A stretch of 64,000 nucleotides of DNA from Candidatus Daviesbacteria bacterium (lineage in GTDB: Bacteria > Patescibacteriota > Microgenomatia > Daviesbacterales > UBA10151): the NCBI GenBank assembly GCA_016176465.1, contig JACOXD010000006.1:71878-135877 (forward strand), read 5' to 3'. Shown in pieces: positions 48,607 to 58,464 of this stretch (position 1 is the stretch's first letter; every line of letters begins with the position of its first letter). The translations under genes were made by a program, and so were the position numbers. Below the pieces are notes generated by a model. It saw only the letters and a list, made by a program, of their open reading frames with translations, made no database searches and was not told the DNA's origin.

Positions 48607-49523
48607 AAATTGCAATTTTGGATAGTGATAGCTTTTTTGGCAAGAACATGCTAAAAATCTTACCCAAAAATTCTTATCAGATTTATCCTCTCTCTAAAGA
48701 AGATAATATTGATTTTTTAAGTTTTAACTCATTAAAAATGGTCTTTAAAAAAATAGCTCCAGATGTAATATTTAATTTTGCCTCTCATCTTGGTGGAATT
48801 CACTACGTCAGCAAATATCAAGCTGATGTAGTTAATGACAATATGCAAATGGTTTTAAGCTTTTATAAGGCAGTCCTAGCCAGTTGCCCAAAAGCAAAAG
48901 TAATCAACCCGATGTCAAACTGCTCTTATCCAGGTGATGCTAATATTCACCAAGAAAGCGACTGGTGGATGGGTGAGGTTCATGAATCTGTTTATGCTTA
49001 TGGGAATGCAAAAAGGATGCAGTATGTAGTTTCTTGCTGTTATAAAAAGCAATATGGAATAAAAAGTCTCAATTTTTTGGTACCTAATTATTTTGGTCCA
49101 GGTGATGAGACTGATCCAACTAAGGTACATGCCCTTCCTGGGATGATTATTAGGATGATAAAAGCACACAGGGAAAAAGCTTCTACATTTGAAATATGGG
49201 GCACTGGCAAACCAATTAGGGAATGGGGTTATATTGATGATTTAATCAATATTTTAATAAAAGGTATTACACTTAAAGAAGATCTAACTTACCCTGTTAA
49301 TATTGCTCAGAATAAAGGATATTCTATTAGAGAATCTGCAAAATTAATTGCAAAAGCGATAGGCTATAAAGGTAAGCTAACTTTCAACACCAATTATCCT
49401 GATGGAGCAGCCATAAAAGTTCTGGATAATCGAAAATTTAAAAGCCTATTTCCTAATTTTAAATTCACCGATCATAAAAAAGCTATTCAAGAAACCGTTA
49501 AGTATTATCTTTCAATTTTGTAA
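48603..49523 (+). CDS. NAD(P)-dependent epimerase/reductase (GDP-fucose-synthase-like SDR)
   Basis: Catalytic YAYGNAKRM (YxxxK) and NYFGPGDE blocks. The N-terminal nucleotide-binding motif is degenerate (ILDSDSFFGKNM). Confidence 0.55.
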   Translation: MKIAILDSDSFFGKNMLKILPKNSYQIYPLSKEDNIDFLSFNSLKMVFKKIAPDVIFNFASHLGGIHYVSKYQADVVNDNMQMVLSFYKAVLASCPKAKVINPMSNCSYPGDANIHQESDWWMGEVHESVYAYGNAKRMQYVVSCCYKKQYGIKSLNFLVPNYFGPGDETDPTKVHALPGMIIRMIKAHREKASTFEIWGTGKPIREWGYIDDLINILIKGITLKEDLTYPVNIAQNKGYSIRESAKLIAKAIGYKGKLTFNTNYPDGAAIKVLDNRKFKSLFPNFKFTDHKKAIQETVKYYLSIL

Positions 49524-50359
49524 TGATGAAAAGGATTTCCTTTTTATTGGCTACCAAAAATAGAGCCAAATTTCTGGAAAAAGCGCTTAAAAATCATCAA
49601 AAACTCCTTAAGGAAAATGATGAATTGATACTAATTGATGGCGGATCATCAGATGACACAATCAAAGTGGCTAAAAAGTTTTCAAAAATAATTAGTGTTT
49701 TTATTTCAGAAGCGGATATTAGTGAGGGACACGCCTTTAATAAAGGTATTCTACTATCCAGTGGGAAATATATCAAAATCCTCTCTGATGATGATATATT
49801 CTTCTCTCAAGCAATAGAAAATGCCTACACCATAATGGAAAAAAATCCAGATATTGATGTTTTACTTTGCGGAGGAGTCAAATTAAGAGGGAAAGATTTA
49901 TCTTTTGCTTACGCCCCTCCCGGAGTGGACTATGGAAAAAAGGTTTCAGATGTTTTTAAGTATGGGGGGTGTGGGTTAGGGCTTTTAATTAGAAAAAAAT
50001 CTTTTGCGCTAACAGGTTTATTTAATCCGTACTCTTTTTCTTTAGATAACGATTATATTACTCAGGCTATTAATAGCGGTGCTAATGTAAAATTCTGTCG
50101 AATCAAGATGTTCCATCACTTCCTGGAAGACCATAGCGGTTCTATTAAACAGGGTGAAAGATTAAGGAAAGATATCGCTAGGATTAAGAATCGCTACAAC
50201 TATTCAGATGAAAACTTTTTTTTGAATTTAAGAGTGAGTTTCTCTCAAATTCTCTTTCCTTTACTTCCTAAAAATATCCAAACTGCCTATAAAAAAATAT
50301 TTAAACTAACAAAAAGCAAACCAAAAATCAAACCCATTTGGGATGGAGGTTTTAGCTAA
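49523..50359 (+). CDS. GT2 glycosyltransferase
   Basis: ISFLLATKNRAKFLEKAL...ILIDGGSSDDT...ILSDDDIF. Confidence 0.65.
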   Translation: MMKRISFLLATKNRAKFLEKALKNHQKLLKENDELILIDGGSSDDTIKVAKKFSKIISVFISEADISEGHAFNKGILLSSGKYIKILSDDDIFFSQAIENAYTIMEKNPDIDVLLCGGVKLRGKDLSFAYAPPGVDYGKKVSDVFKYGGCGLGLLIRKKSFALTGLFNPYSFSLDNDYITQAINSGANVKFCRIKMFHHFLEDHSGSIKQGERLRKDIARIKNRYNYSDENFFLNLRVSFSQILFPLLPKNIQTAYKKIFKLTKSKPKIKPIWDGGFS

Positions 50360-50366
50360 TCTTATT

Positions 50367-51344
50367 ATGTCAAAGAAAGTTCTAATCACTGGGGCAGGAG
50401 GATTTATTGGTTCACACCTGGTAGAAAGGTGTGTACAATTAGGATTCAAAGTTAAAGCTTTTGTTCATTATAACTCTGCTAATCGATGGGGCTGGTTAGA
50501 TAATTCTATACATAAAAAAGAGGTTGAAGTTGTTTCTGGGGATATTCGAGATTTTGACTCAATATATAACTGCCTAAAAAATTGCGACACGGTATTTCAC
50601 CTAGCAGCTCTAACAGGGATTCCCTATTCCTATATCTCACCTCTAGCTTATATCAAAACTAATGTTGAAGGAACTTATAATATTTTAGAGGCTTCCAGAT
50701 TAAGAGATGTTAAAAATATAGTGATAACTTCCACAAGCGAGGTTTATGGGAGCGCGGTGTATACTCCAATTGATGAAAACCATCGACTTTTTGGTCAATC
50801 TCCCTATTCTGCTTCCAAAATTGCTGCTGATCAATTAGCTTTAAGTTATTATTTATCTTTTGGCTTACCAGTAAAAATTGCTAGACCTTTTAACAGTTAT
50901 GGACCAAGGCAGTCGGCCCGCTCAATCATTCCAGCAGTCCTAACTCAAATTCTTTCTGGTGCAAAAAAAATAAGGGTTGGAAATCTTAATACCGCTAGGG
51001 ATTTTACTTATGTTAGTGATACCGTAGAAGGTATAGTGGAAATTAGCAAGTCAAGTCAGTTATTTGGTGAGGTCACTAATATAGGTTCTAATAGTAGCCT
51101 CAAGATGGTTGATTTGGTGAAACTGTTAAGTGATTTAATCGGGATCAAAGTTAAAACAGTAGCAGATCCATCTCGTATCAGACCAGATAAAAGCGAAGTT
51201 GAGAATCTGCTTTGTAATAATTCTAAACTAATCAGACATACCAGCTGGAAGCCAAAGCTTAACTTAGAAGAAGGACTCACAGAAACAATTAAATGGTTTA
51301 AGGAAAATCATCATTTATACAAAGATGAAATTTACAATATTTAG
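50367..51344 (+). CDS. NAD-dependent nucleotide-sugar 4,6-dehydratase/epimerase (extended SDR)
   Basis: VLITGAGGFIGSHLVERC (GxxGxxG), TSTSEVYG, and YSASKIAADQL (YxxxK). Confidence 0.75.
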   Translation: MSKKVLITGAGGFIGSHLVERCVQLGFKVKAFVHYNSANRWGWLDNSIHKKEVEVVSGDIRDFDSIYNCLKNCDTVFHLAALTGIPYSYISPLAYIKTNVEGTYNILEASRLRDVKNIVITSTSEVYGSAVYTPIDENHRLFGQSPYSASKIAADQLALSYYLSFGLPVKIARPFNSYGPRQSARSIIPAVLTQILSGAKKIRVGNLNTARDFTYVSDTVEGIVEISKSSQLFGEVTNIGSNSSLKMVDLVKLLSDLIGIKVKTVADPSRIRPDKSEVENLLCNNSKLIRHTSWKPKLNLEEGLTETIKWFKENHHLYKDEIYNI

Positions 51345-52058
51345 ATGAAAGCTGTTATTTTAGCTGGAGGGTTAGGTTCAAGACTTGCTCCTTTTACTCA
51401 AATAATTCCCAAACCCCTACTTCCTATTGGAGAAAGTTCGGTGTTAGAAATTCAAATCTTAAGTTTAAAAAAACACGGCTTTGATGAAGTCTTTATAGCT
51501 ACTAATTATTTAGCTAAATATGTAAAAGCATTCTTGGGCAAAGGAAAAAAATATGGAATCAAAATTAGCTTTAGTCAAGAGAAAAAACCTCTAGGAACTT
51601 GTGGTCCCATAACACTTTTAAAAAGTAAGCTAACTGAACCTTTTTTTCTATTAAACGGAGATATCCTGACTACTTTAAATTTTAGGAAAGCCTATGATTT
51701 TGCTTTAAAAAATGAAGCAAATTTAGTTGTTGTTACAAAAGAGATTCCTGCCCCATTTGATTTTGGAAACGTAAAATCAAGAGGAGATTATTTAATTGAT
51801 GTTGAAGAAAAACCAAATTTTAAGTTAGAAATACTGGCTGGGATGTATATTATGAAACCAGCTATTTTTGACCTTATTCCTAAAAATACCTACTACGGCA
51901 TTGATATGCTCATTAAAAAGATGGTCTCTAAAAAAATGAAAGTGGGAAGATATTTAATGAAAGAATATTGGCTTGATATAGGTAAAGCTTCCGATTATAC
52001 AATCGCTCAAGAGCAGTACCATAAGAGGTTTAGTAAATTAAAAGATGGCAAAAAATGA
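51345..52058 (+). CDS. Sugar-1-phosphate nucleotidyltransferase (NTP_transferase family)
   Basis: MKAVILAGGLGSRLAPFTQIIPKPLLPIGE is the canonical G-x-G-T-R-L signature region. Confidence 0.8.
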   Translation: MKAVILAGGLGSRLAPFTQIIPKPLLPIGESSVLEIQILSLKKHGFDEVFIATNYLAKYVKAFLGKGKKYGIKISFSQEKKPLGTCGPITLLKSKLTEPFFLLNGDILTTLNFRKAYDFALKNEANLVVVTKEIPAPFDFGNVKSRGDYLIDVEEKPNFKLEILAGMYIMKPAIFDLIPKNTYYGIDMLIKKMVSKKMKVGRYLMKEYWLDIGKASDYTIAQEQYHKRFSKLKDGKK

Positions 52059-52956
52059 TAGGGTTTTAATACTTGGTGGAGCAGGATTTATTGGATCTAA
52101 TATCGCTAAAAAGTTTGTTTCTCAAAATTACAAAGTAACTATAATAGATGGATTCTTACCTCAGACAGGAGCGAATCTAAAAAATCTTCGAAGTATTCTA
52201 AATAAAGTTAAGCTTATTAGGAAAAAGGTTGAGAAGATAGATAATCTAGAAAAGCAAGTGGCAGACAATAATTTGATCATTGACTCTATGGGATGGACAC
52301 GACATATATCCGGCATGGAAAATCCACTTTATGATTTAGAGCTTAACTTACTCTCCCATATAAGCTTAATTAACGCTCTTAGAAAACTGCCAGGAGTAAA
52401 GGTTATATATCTAGGCTCTGAGGGCCAGTATGAACCTTTTGATGTGCAAGGAATTAATAAGCAAGCTGCAGAGACCTATTTTAAAAGTTTCTCAAAGATA
52501 TATGGATTTAGTACTCTTTCACTTCGTATCTCCCATTGTTTTGGGCAAAATCAACCAACTAAGGATACTGATATAGGTTTAGTGGGTTTATTTATTAGAA
52601 ATCTACTCACACATAGATTAATCAGGGTATTTGATAAAGGAAGGAAACGTAACTTTATTTATGTTGAAGACCTTACGGAAATAATCTTTTTACTGTCAAA
52701 GAGAGAATTTAGTGGCTTTTCTTCTCTAGATGTAAACGCTTATAGTATAGTCCTGGAGGAGTTGGCGCAAAAATTGATTAGGATTGTGGGCTTTGGCGAG
52801 TATAAGAAAGAAGTATTACCTAAAAACCTCGTAGTTAATGATAATTATCATAGCTTAGATACAGTAGAGTTAAAAAAAATGATTGGTCAATTTCCTAAAC
52901 ACCAATTTGACAAGGCTCTTATTGCAACTGTTAATTACTTTAAGGAAAACCTATGA
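52045..52956 (+). CDS. NAD-dependent epimerase/dehydratase (SDR)
   Basis: VLILGGAGFIGSNIAKKF Rossmann motif, about 300 aa. Confidence 0.6.
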   Translation: MAKNDRVLILGGAGFIGSNIAKKFVSQNYKVTIIDGFLPQTGANLKNLRSILNKVKLIRKKVEKIDNLEKQVADNNLIIDSMGWTRHISGMENPLYDLELNLLSHISLINALRKLPGVKVIYLGSEGQYEPFDVQGINKQAAETYFKSFSKIYGFSTLSLRISHCFGQNQPTKDTDIGLVGLFIRNLLTHRLIRVFDKGRKRNFIYVEDLTEIIFLLSKREFSGFSSLDVNAYSIVLEELAQKLIRIVGFGEYKKEVLPKNLVVNDNYHSLDTVELKKMIGQFPKHQFDKALIATVNYFKENL

Positions 52957-54047
52957 TTTTACGCGCAGACATTCTGGCTCAATATAAAACTCACAAAAAA
53001 GAAATAAATTCCGCTATACAAAAGGTTTTAAATTCTGGGTATTATATCCTGGGTAAAGAGGTGGAAGGATTTGAAAAGGAATTTGCAAGATATTTAAAAG
53101 TAAAATTTGGGGTTGGAGTAGCATCAGGCACGGATGGATTAATTCTTTCCCTTAAAACTTTAGGTATAGGCGTGGGAGATGAAGTAATCACTAGTGTTTA
53201 TAATACTTTTGCCACTTCATCAGCTATTATTGCTGCTGGAGCAATCCCAAAATTTGTTGATATAGATTACCAAACATTTTTGCTTGATATAAAAAAGATC
53301 CCTTTAGCAATTACAAAAAAAACTAAGGCAATTATTCCTATTCACCTATTTGGAAATGTGGTTGATATCCCTGCTTTAATAAAAATTCTTTCTAAACAAA
53401 TTCCAATTATAGAAGATGCTTGTCAGGCTCATGGAAGCAAAATCAGTGATCAATTTGCCGGATCGATTGCTCAAATTGGGGTTTTTAGTTTTTACCCTAC
53501 CAAAAACTTAGGAGGCTATGGGGATGGAGGCATGGTAGTTACTGATAATAAAAAAATTGAAAAAAGATTAAAACTACTTAGAAACTATGGCATGATAGAT
53601 AAAGATCATATAATCCAACCTGGAGTAAATAGCCTGTTGGATGAGCTACAAGCAGCAATTTTGCAAATAAAGCTTAAATATTTAGAATATGGTAATCAAA
53701 AAAGGCAGGAGATTGTAAAACAATATAAAGCTAAATTAAGATCTGATCTATTTGAATTTCAATTAATTCCTAAAAATGTTTACTGCAACTTTCATATTTT
53801 TGCTGCCAGGTTTAAGAAAAATAGAGCCAAGTTTATTAGTTATCTAACTGAGAAAAAAATTCAAACAAATATTTATTATCCCCTGCCTCTTCATTTACAG
53901 AAAGCATTTCAGTTTTTAGGGTATAAAAAAGACGATTTTCCAATCGCTGAAAGGTTAGCAAAAGAAGCTATTGCTTTACCAATTTACCCGCAGCTTCTAA
54001 AGGAAAATCTTGACTATATAATTTCAACTATTAACTTCTTTAAATGA
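52953..54047 (+). CDS. DegT/DnrJ/EryC1/StrS-family PLP-dependent sugar aminotransferase (ArnB/Per-like)
   Basis: Has GYYILGKEVEGFEKEFARYL, DACQAHGS and the PLP-lysine block FSFYPTKNLGGYGDGGMVVT. Confidence 0.85.
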   Translation: MILRADILAQYKTHKKEINSAIQKVLNSGYYILGKEVEGFEKEFARYLKVKFGVGVASGTDGLILSLKTLGIGVGDEVITSVYNTFATSSAIIAAGAIPKFVDIDYQTFLLDIKKIPLAITKKTKAIIPIHLFGNVVDIPALIKILSKQIPIIEDACQAHGSKISDQFAGSIAQIGVFSFYPTKNLGGYGDGGMVVTDNKKIEKRLKLLRNYGMIDKDHIIQPGVNSLLDELQAAILQIKLKYLEYGNQKRQEIVKQYKAKLRSDLFEFQLIPKNVYCNFHIFAARFKKNRAKFISYLTEKKIQTNIYYPLPLHLQKAFQFLGYKKDDFPIAERLAKEAIALPIYPQLLKENLDYIISTINFFK

Positions 54048-54964
54048 GAATAATCTTAGCTGGTAAACATGAGCTATCTTGCACTCTGTTTGAAATCCTA
54101 AAGAAATCTTTTTCAAAAAACACCCTGGGGTTTATAACCTCTAAATCTGAGGATCAAAAGAGACGTAAATCCCTAAAGCGGTTATTATCTAAACATAAGA
54201 TTTTAGCCTTAAATAAAGATTTTTCGGATCAAGAGCTCAAAAAAGTTATCTTGATATTTAAACCTGATCTAGTTATCTCTGCTGGGTTTGACAAGATTTT
54301 AAAGAGGGATTTAATAAAAAAAATTCCTCTTGCTATTAATATCCACTTCGGGCTATTACCAAAATATAGAGGTTCTTTCTCTATCCCTTGGGCAATCATT
54401 AATGAGGAAAAATATATTGGTATCACAATTCATAAAATTGTTCCCGGAATTGATAGTGGTGAAATAATCTTACAGTCTAAAATTAAAAACGATCCAAATC
54501 TTTCATGTAAACAGATCTATTTTGATGCTGTTAAATATGCTTCATTGCTTACCAAAAAAGTCTTGGACTCAGTTCAAAGAGGCAAGAAATTAATCACTAC
54601 AAGACAAGATACAAAGAAGGCTACTTTTTTCCCCTTTAAAAAGCCTTATGATTTTCAAATAGATTGGAGCAGTCGTGCAAAGTTTGTCTTTAATTTAATA
54701 AGGGCAGCTTTTTTCCCTCCTTATGATCCAGCCTATTCAATCTTACAGGGCAGAAAAATATTTTTTTACTTTCCCATAAATTTAAAAAAAGTTAAACTTA
54801 AATTTTCTCCTGGGGAAATTATTTATTATCAAAAAAATTACTACATAGCTTGTCAAGATGGATTAATTAAGCCACAAAAAGTTAGGGTAGCGGCCAGAGT
54901 TTATAACTTTAATCAATATGTTAAGCTAGAGAAATTAGAATGTCACCCAGCTCAATCTCTGTAG
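54044..54964 (+). CDS. Formyltransferase-family protein with C-terminal domain (sugar N-formyltransferase, ArnA-N/Fmt-like)
   Basis: INIHFGLLPKYRGSFSIPWAIINEEKYIGITIHKIVPGIDSGEII, i.e. the N..H..LP.YRG formyl-transfer signature plus the ligand-binding Asp. Confidence 0.75.
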   Translation: MRIILAGKHELSCTLFEILKKSFSKNTLGFITSKSEDQKRRKSLKRLLSKHKILALNKDFSDQELKKVILIFKPDLVISAGFDKILKRDLIKKIPLAINIHFGLLPKYRGSFSIPWAIINEEKYIGITIHKIVPGIDSGEIILQSKIKNDPNLSCKQIYFDAVKYASLLTKKVLDSVQRGKKLITTRQDTKKATFFPFKKPYDFQIDWSSRAKFVFNLIRAAFFPPYDPAYSILQGRKIFFYFPINLKKVKLKFSPGEIIYYQKNYYIACQDGLIKPQKVRVAARVYNFNQYVKLEKLECHPAQSL

Positions 54965-55629
54965 TTATCCCTATTTATAACGAAGCCAAATTAATAAACA
55001 AATCAATCCCTCTAATAAACTTTTTCTTGAAAAAAAACTTTAAAGACTATGAAATTATTATTATTGAAAGTGGTAGCACTGATAACTCCTACCAACTATC
55101 TGAGAAACTCACAAAAAAGTATCCAAAGATTAAACTTATTTCTCAAAAACGCCGTGAGGGCTTTGGGTCTGCTCTTAGATTAGGTTTTCAAAAGGTAAAT
55201 AAAAAGTTAGTCTGGCCTTTAGTAATTGATCTTCCTTACCCTTTAGAGTCGATACTTAAGGCTCTTCCCTATTTTGATAGCTACGATTGTATTTTAAGCT
55301 ATAGATCATCTGATAACCGAAGCTTTTCTAGAAAGCTGAAATCTACTATTTATAACTTTTTAGCTAAAATAATCCTAAATTTGCCAATGAAGCATATTAA
55401 TTCTGCTTTTAAGGTTTATAAAAAATCAGCTTTGGATAAGATGAAACTAACTTCTAGCGGATGGTTAATTGATTCCGAGATACTTTATCAGATAAAAAAA
55501 CAAAAGATATCTTATATTGAAATACCAATAGGGTTAAAGAAAAGAACAATGGGTAAATCCTCTATTAATCTAGCTACTCCAATTCAGTTAATATTTGATT
55601 TAATTTCTTTCCGCTTAAAACAAAAATGA
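54940..55629 (+). CDS. GT2 glycosyltransferase, polyprenyl-phosphate sugar transferase-like (ArnC/DPM1-like)
   Basis: ISVVIPIYNEAKLI...EIIIIESGSTDNS; small (229 aa); adjacent to the aminotransferase/formyltransferase genes as arnC is in arn operons. Confidence 0.65.
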   Translation: MSPSSISVVIPIYNEAKLINKSIPLINFFLKKNFKDYEIIIIESGSTDNSYQLSEKLTKKYPKIKLISQKRREGFGSALRLGFQKVNKKLVWPLVIDLPYPLESILKALPYFDSYDCILSYRSSDNRSFSRKLKSTIYNFLAKIILNLPMKHINSAFKVYKKSALDKMKLTSSGWLIDSEILYQIKKQKISYIEIPIGLKKRTMGKSSINLATPIQLIFDLISFRLKQK

Positions 55630-57248
55630 ATCTAAAAATATTTTTACTAATCCTAAGCTTGGGAATATTGATTCACTTTCTTCCAAATTTAAATATCCCC
55701 TTACATAGTGATGTTACCTGGTATTTCAGGTTGCAAGCTACCAATAATCCTAAATTAATAGAATCTATTCCCGAGGGCTTTAAAGAATTTGGAGCCTATC
55801 CAATGCCTATATTTGAATCCATAGTCAATTGGTACCAACTAACAGGCAGGATTAATGTTTTGGACTATTTATCTTTAAGACTCTTTGCTTTTTTAGCAGG
55901 TGCTGATGCGAATTTATGGAGGTTTTTTTATATACTGATTCTTTCATCAAGCATCACTCTTTTTTATCTGATTTTAAAAAAACTAAATATTCCAGCTAAA
56001 ATTGCCTTGTTTTTTTCTATAGGATTTTTCTTTATTCCTATTGATATTTGGACTGACTATAAAAGCGCAGAACCAAAAGCACTCCTTTTTTTAATGTTAA
56101 GTCTTTATTTTGGATTAACCTCCAAAGATAGGTTACATTCTTTACTAAGCTGCACTTCCTTGCTGGTGGCACTTTTATTTAAAGAAACCTTTATCCTATC
56201 CTTACCTGCTATCTTGGGACTTATTCTTTGGAAGGAAAAAGTTATAGACCAGATAAAAAGACCTGTAGTTGTGACTGTACTTCCTTATTTAGTCGTAGTC
56301 CTTATTATAGCTTTATTTAGCCTATCTTTTAGATTTTTAATTCCAATGAAAACATCTGGTTATGTAATTGCGCCCTTTTCTCAGTTAGATTTTTTATCTT
56401 ATCTTTTAAAATTCACTCCATCTTTGATTCCCGGGCTTTTATTAGGAATAGGACCATGGCTAATTACTTTATCTTTGATCTTAATTTTTATTAGTTTTAA
56501 ATACCTTAAAATGGAAAAGGTTAAGAAATTTTACCTAAATGCTTCATTCTTAACTCTTATCCTTATTCTTCTTTGCACAATTTTACTTAATATCTTGCTT
56601 TATTATTTAACAAATAGAGATTTTAGAGATAGATACTTACTGCCTAGCAATTTTTTTACTGCTTTAACTCTAGCGCTACTTACTATACCACTAACTACTC
56701 AACTTTACTCTAAGTTAAAAAAAAATAAAGCCAAACTATCTATTATTTATCTATCTATTTTGATGATTTTATTTTGTTTTCAATTTATTAAGGTGATTGA
56801 TGTTTCATTCCAAAATAGAATTGACCAAAACGCTTGGCAAAGTTTAATAAATCAAGTAAAAATTAAGGTTCCAAAAAATGGACATATTTTAATCTCAATA
56901 AATGATCCTTTCCTTATTGAAACAGCCCAAAGTCTTGAAGCTAATACACTGTTTTTAGGTAGATATGACCTAACTTATCATCTAGTAGCAGCCAGGGAAT
57001 TAAAAGAATACCAGAAAGGAAAAGATTACTTAGCTTTTTTAATTTCCTCGTTTAATAAAGATAGAAAGTCGCTACCTCTTAAGAAAGAAGGTAAAATTCT
57101 AACTATTCATCTTGAAAGACCCAAAACAACTATCCCTTATTTCCCATTTAGTCTAAAAAGCTTAATTGTTAACCCAAAATCTTACCTATACCAGCGATTT
57201 ATAAAAAGTAAACAACCCTATTTAAAATACTCAATCCTTATTTCATAA
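55626..57248 (+). CDS. Polytopic membrane protein, putative GT-C glycosyltransferase (ArnT/PMT-like), low confidence
   Basis: 540 aa with at least 11 predicted TM helices. Its position directly after the ArnC-like GT2 suggests the role; no unambiguous DE motif was seen. Confidence 0.35.
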   Translation: MNLKIFLLILSLGILIHFLPNLNIPLHSDVTWYFRLQATNNPKLIESIPEGFKEFGAYPMPIFESIVNWYQLTGRINVLDYLSLRLFAFLAGADANLWRFFYILILSSSITLFYLILKKLNIPAKIALFFSIGFFFIPIDIWTDYKSAEPKALLFLMLSLYFGLTSKDRLHSLLSCTSLLVALLFKETFILSLPAILGLILWKEKVIDQIKRPVVVTVLPYLVVVLIIALFSLSFRFLIPMKTSGYVIAPFSQLDFLSYLLKFTPSLIPGLLLGIGPWLITLSLILIFISFKYLKMEKVKKFYLNASFLTLILILLCTILLNILLYYLTNRDFRDRYLLPSNFFTALTLALLTIPLTTQLYSKLKKNKAKLSIIYLSILMILFCFQFIKVIDVSFQNRIDQNAWQSLINQVKIKVPKNGHILISINDPFLIETAQSLEANTLFLGRYDLTYHLVAARELKEYQKGKDYLAFLISSFNKDRKSLPLKKEGKILTIHLERPKTTIPYFPFSLKSLIVNPKSYLYQRFIKSKQPYLKYSILIS

Positions 57249-57354
57249 AAAGTTATTTTTTAAATATTTTGACTTTTACTTGAAGCTAAAGCTTGTAAAA
57301 AAATACCTTATTGCATTTTTTTTTGAAATAACATATTCTAAAAAAGCCACTCAC

Positions 57355-58464
57355 ATGCCCAAAAAGAGAGAATTAAAAATAGGTAATAAAATTATAGATG
57401 ACTCTTCTGACTGCTTTGTTGTAGCTGAGATTGGACAAAATCACCAAGGAGATGTTGAGGTTTGCAAAAGACTTTTTGAGGCTGCCAAGTTCTGTGGTGC
57501 TGATGCGGTAAAATTGCAAAAAAGAAATAATCGAACTTTATATACTAGAAAATTCTTTGACTCCCCGTATAACTTTGAAAATGCTTTTGGCCCAACCTAT
57601 GGCAAGCATAGACAAGCTCTGGAATTTAATAAAAAGGAGTATAGAAAGCTTAAAAAATATGCTGAAAAGTTAGGTTTAATTTTTTTTGCAACTGCCTGGG
57701 ATGAAAGCAGCGGCGACTTTTTGGAAGATTTAGATGTTCCAGCTTTCAAAATTGCTTCAGCAGATCTTATCAACACTCCCCTTTTAAAATATATCGCCAA
57801 ATTTAAAAAACCAATGATTGTAAGTACAGGAGCAGCCACCATAGACGATGTCAAAAGGGCTTATCAAGAAGTAATGCCAATAAACAACCAGCTTTCTTTA
57901 CTCCACTGCACTGCTGTTTATCCTGCCTCAGCAGAGTATCTAAACTTAAAAGTCATTGAAACTTACCGCCAAGAGTTTCCGGAGATTGTCATTGGATTTT
58001 CCAACCATTTTAACGGCATTTCTGTTGACCCAGTGGCTTACTGTTTAGGAGCCCGAATTATTGAAAAACATTTTACTTTAAATCGGGCAATGCAAGGCTC
58101 AGATCATTCTTTTTCGCTAGAGTTTGAAGGAATGAGGAAGCTGGTTAGGGATCTAAGAAGAGTCCGCCTGGCACTGGGAGATGGCTTAAAAAAGTTTTAT
58201 CCTGAGGAAGAACCAGCTAAGTATAGAATGGGAAAGTGCATTGTCACTACAAAATCACTGCCTGCAGGGCATATCTTGACAAAAAAAGATCTGGCTCTAA
58301 AATCACCCTGTGAAGGTCTACCCCCTTATTTATTAGATGAGTTAATTGGCAAAAAAACTATTGTTGCCTTAAAAACAGACCAGCCTCTTTCTCTAAAGCA
58401 TTTAGAATCTTTTAAAAAGCCTGCCAGAAAGACAAATGGTCATCAATCCATCTTCCCTACTTAA
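57355..58464 (+). CDS. NeuB-family sialic-acid-type (ulosonic acid) synthase with C-terminal SAF domain
   Basis: CFVVAEIGQNHQGDVEVCKRLFEAAKFCGADAVKLQKR (the AEIGxNHNG...A.K.Q NeuB signature) and a C-terminal SAF/antifreeze-like block GKCIVTTKSLPAGHILTKKDL. The likely start is ATG at 57355 (MPKKREL). Confidence 0.85.
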   Translation: MPKKRELKIGNKIIDDSSDCFVVAEIGQNHQGDVEVCKRLFEAAKFCGADAVKLQKRNNRTLYTRKFFDSPYNFENAFGPTYGKHRQALEFNKKEYRKLKKYAEKLGLIFFATAWDESSGDFLEDLDVPAFKIASADLINTPLLKYIAKFKKPMIVSTGAATIDDVKRAYQEVMPINNQLSLLHCTAVYPASAEYLNLKVIETYRQEFPEIVIGFSNHFNGISVDPVAYCLGARIIEKHFTLNRAMQGSDHSFSLEFEGMRKLVRDLRRVRLALGDGLKKFYPEEEPAKYRMGKCIVTTKSLPAGHILTKKDLALKSPCEGLPPYLLDELIGKKTIVALKTDQPLSLKHLESFKKPARKTNGHQSIFPT

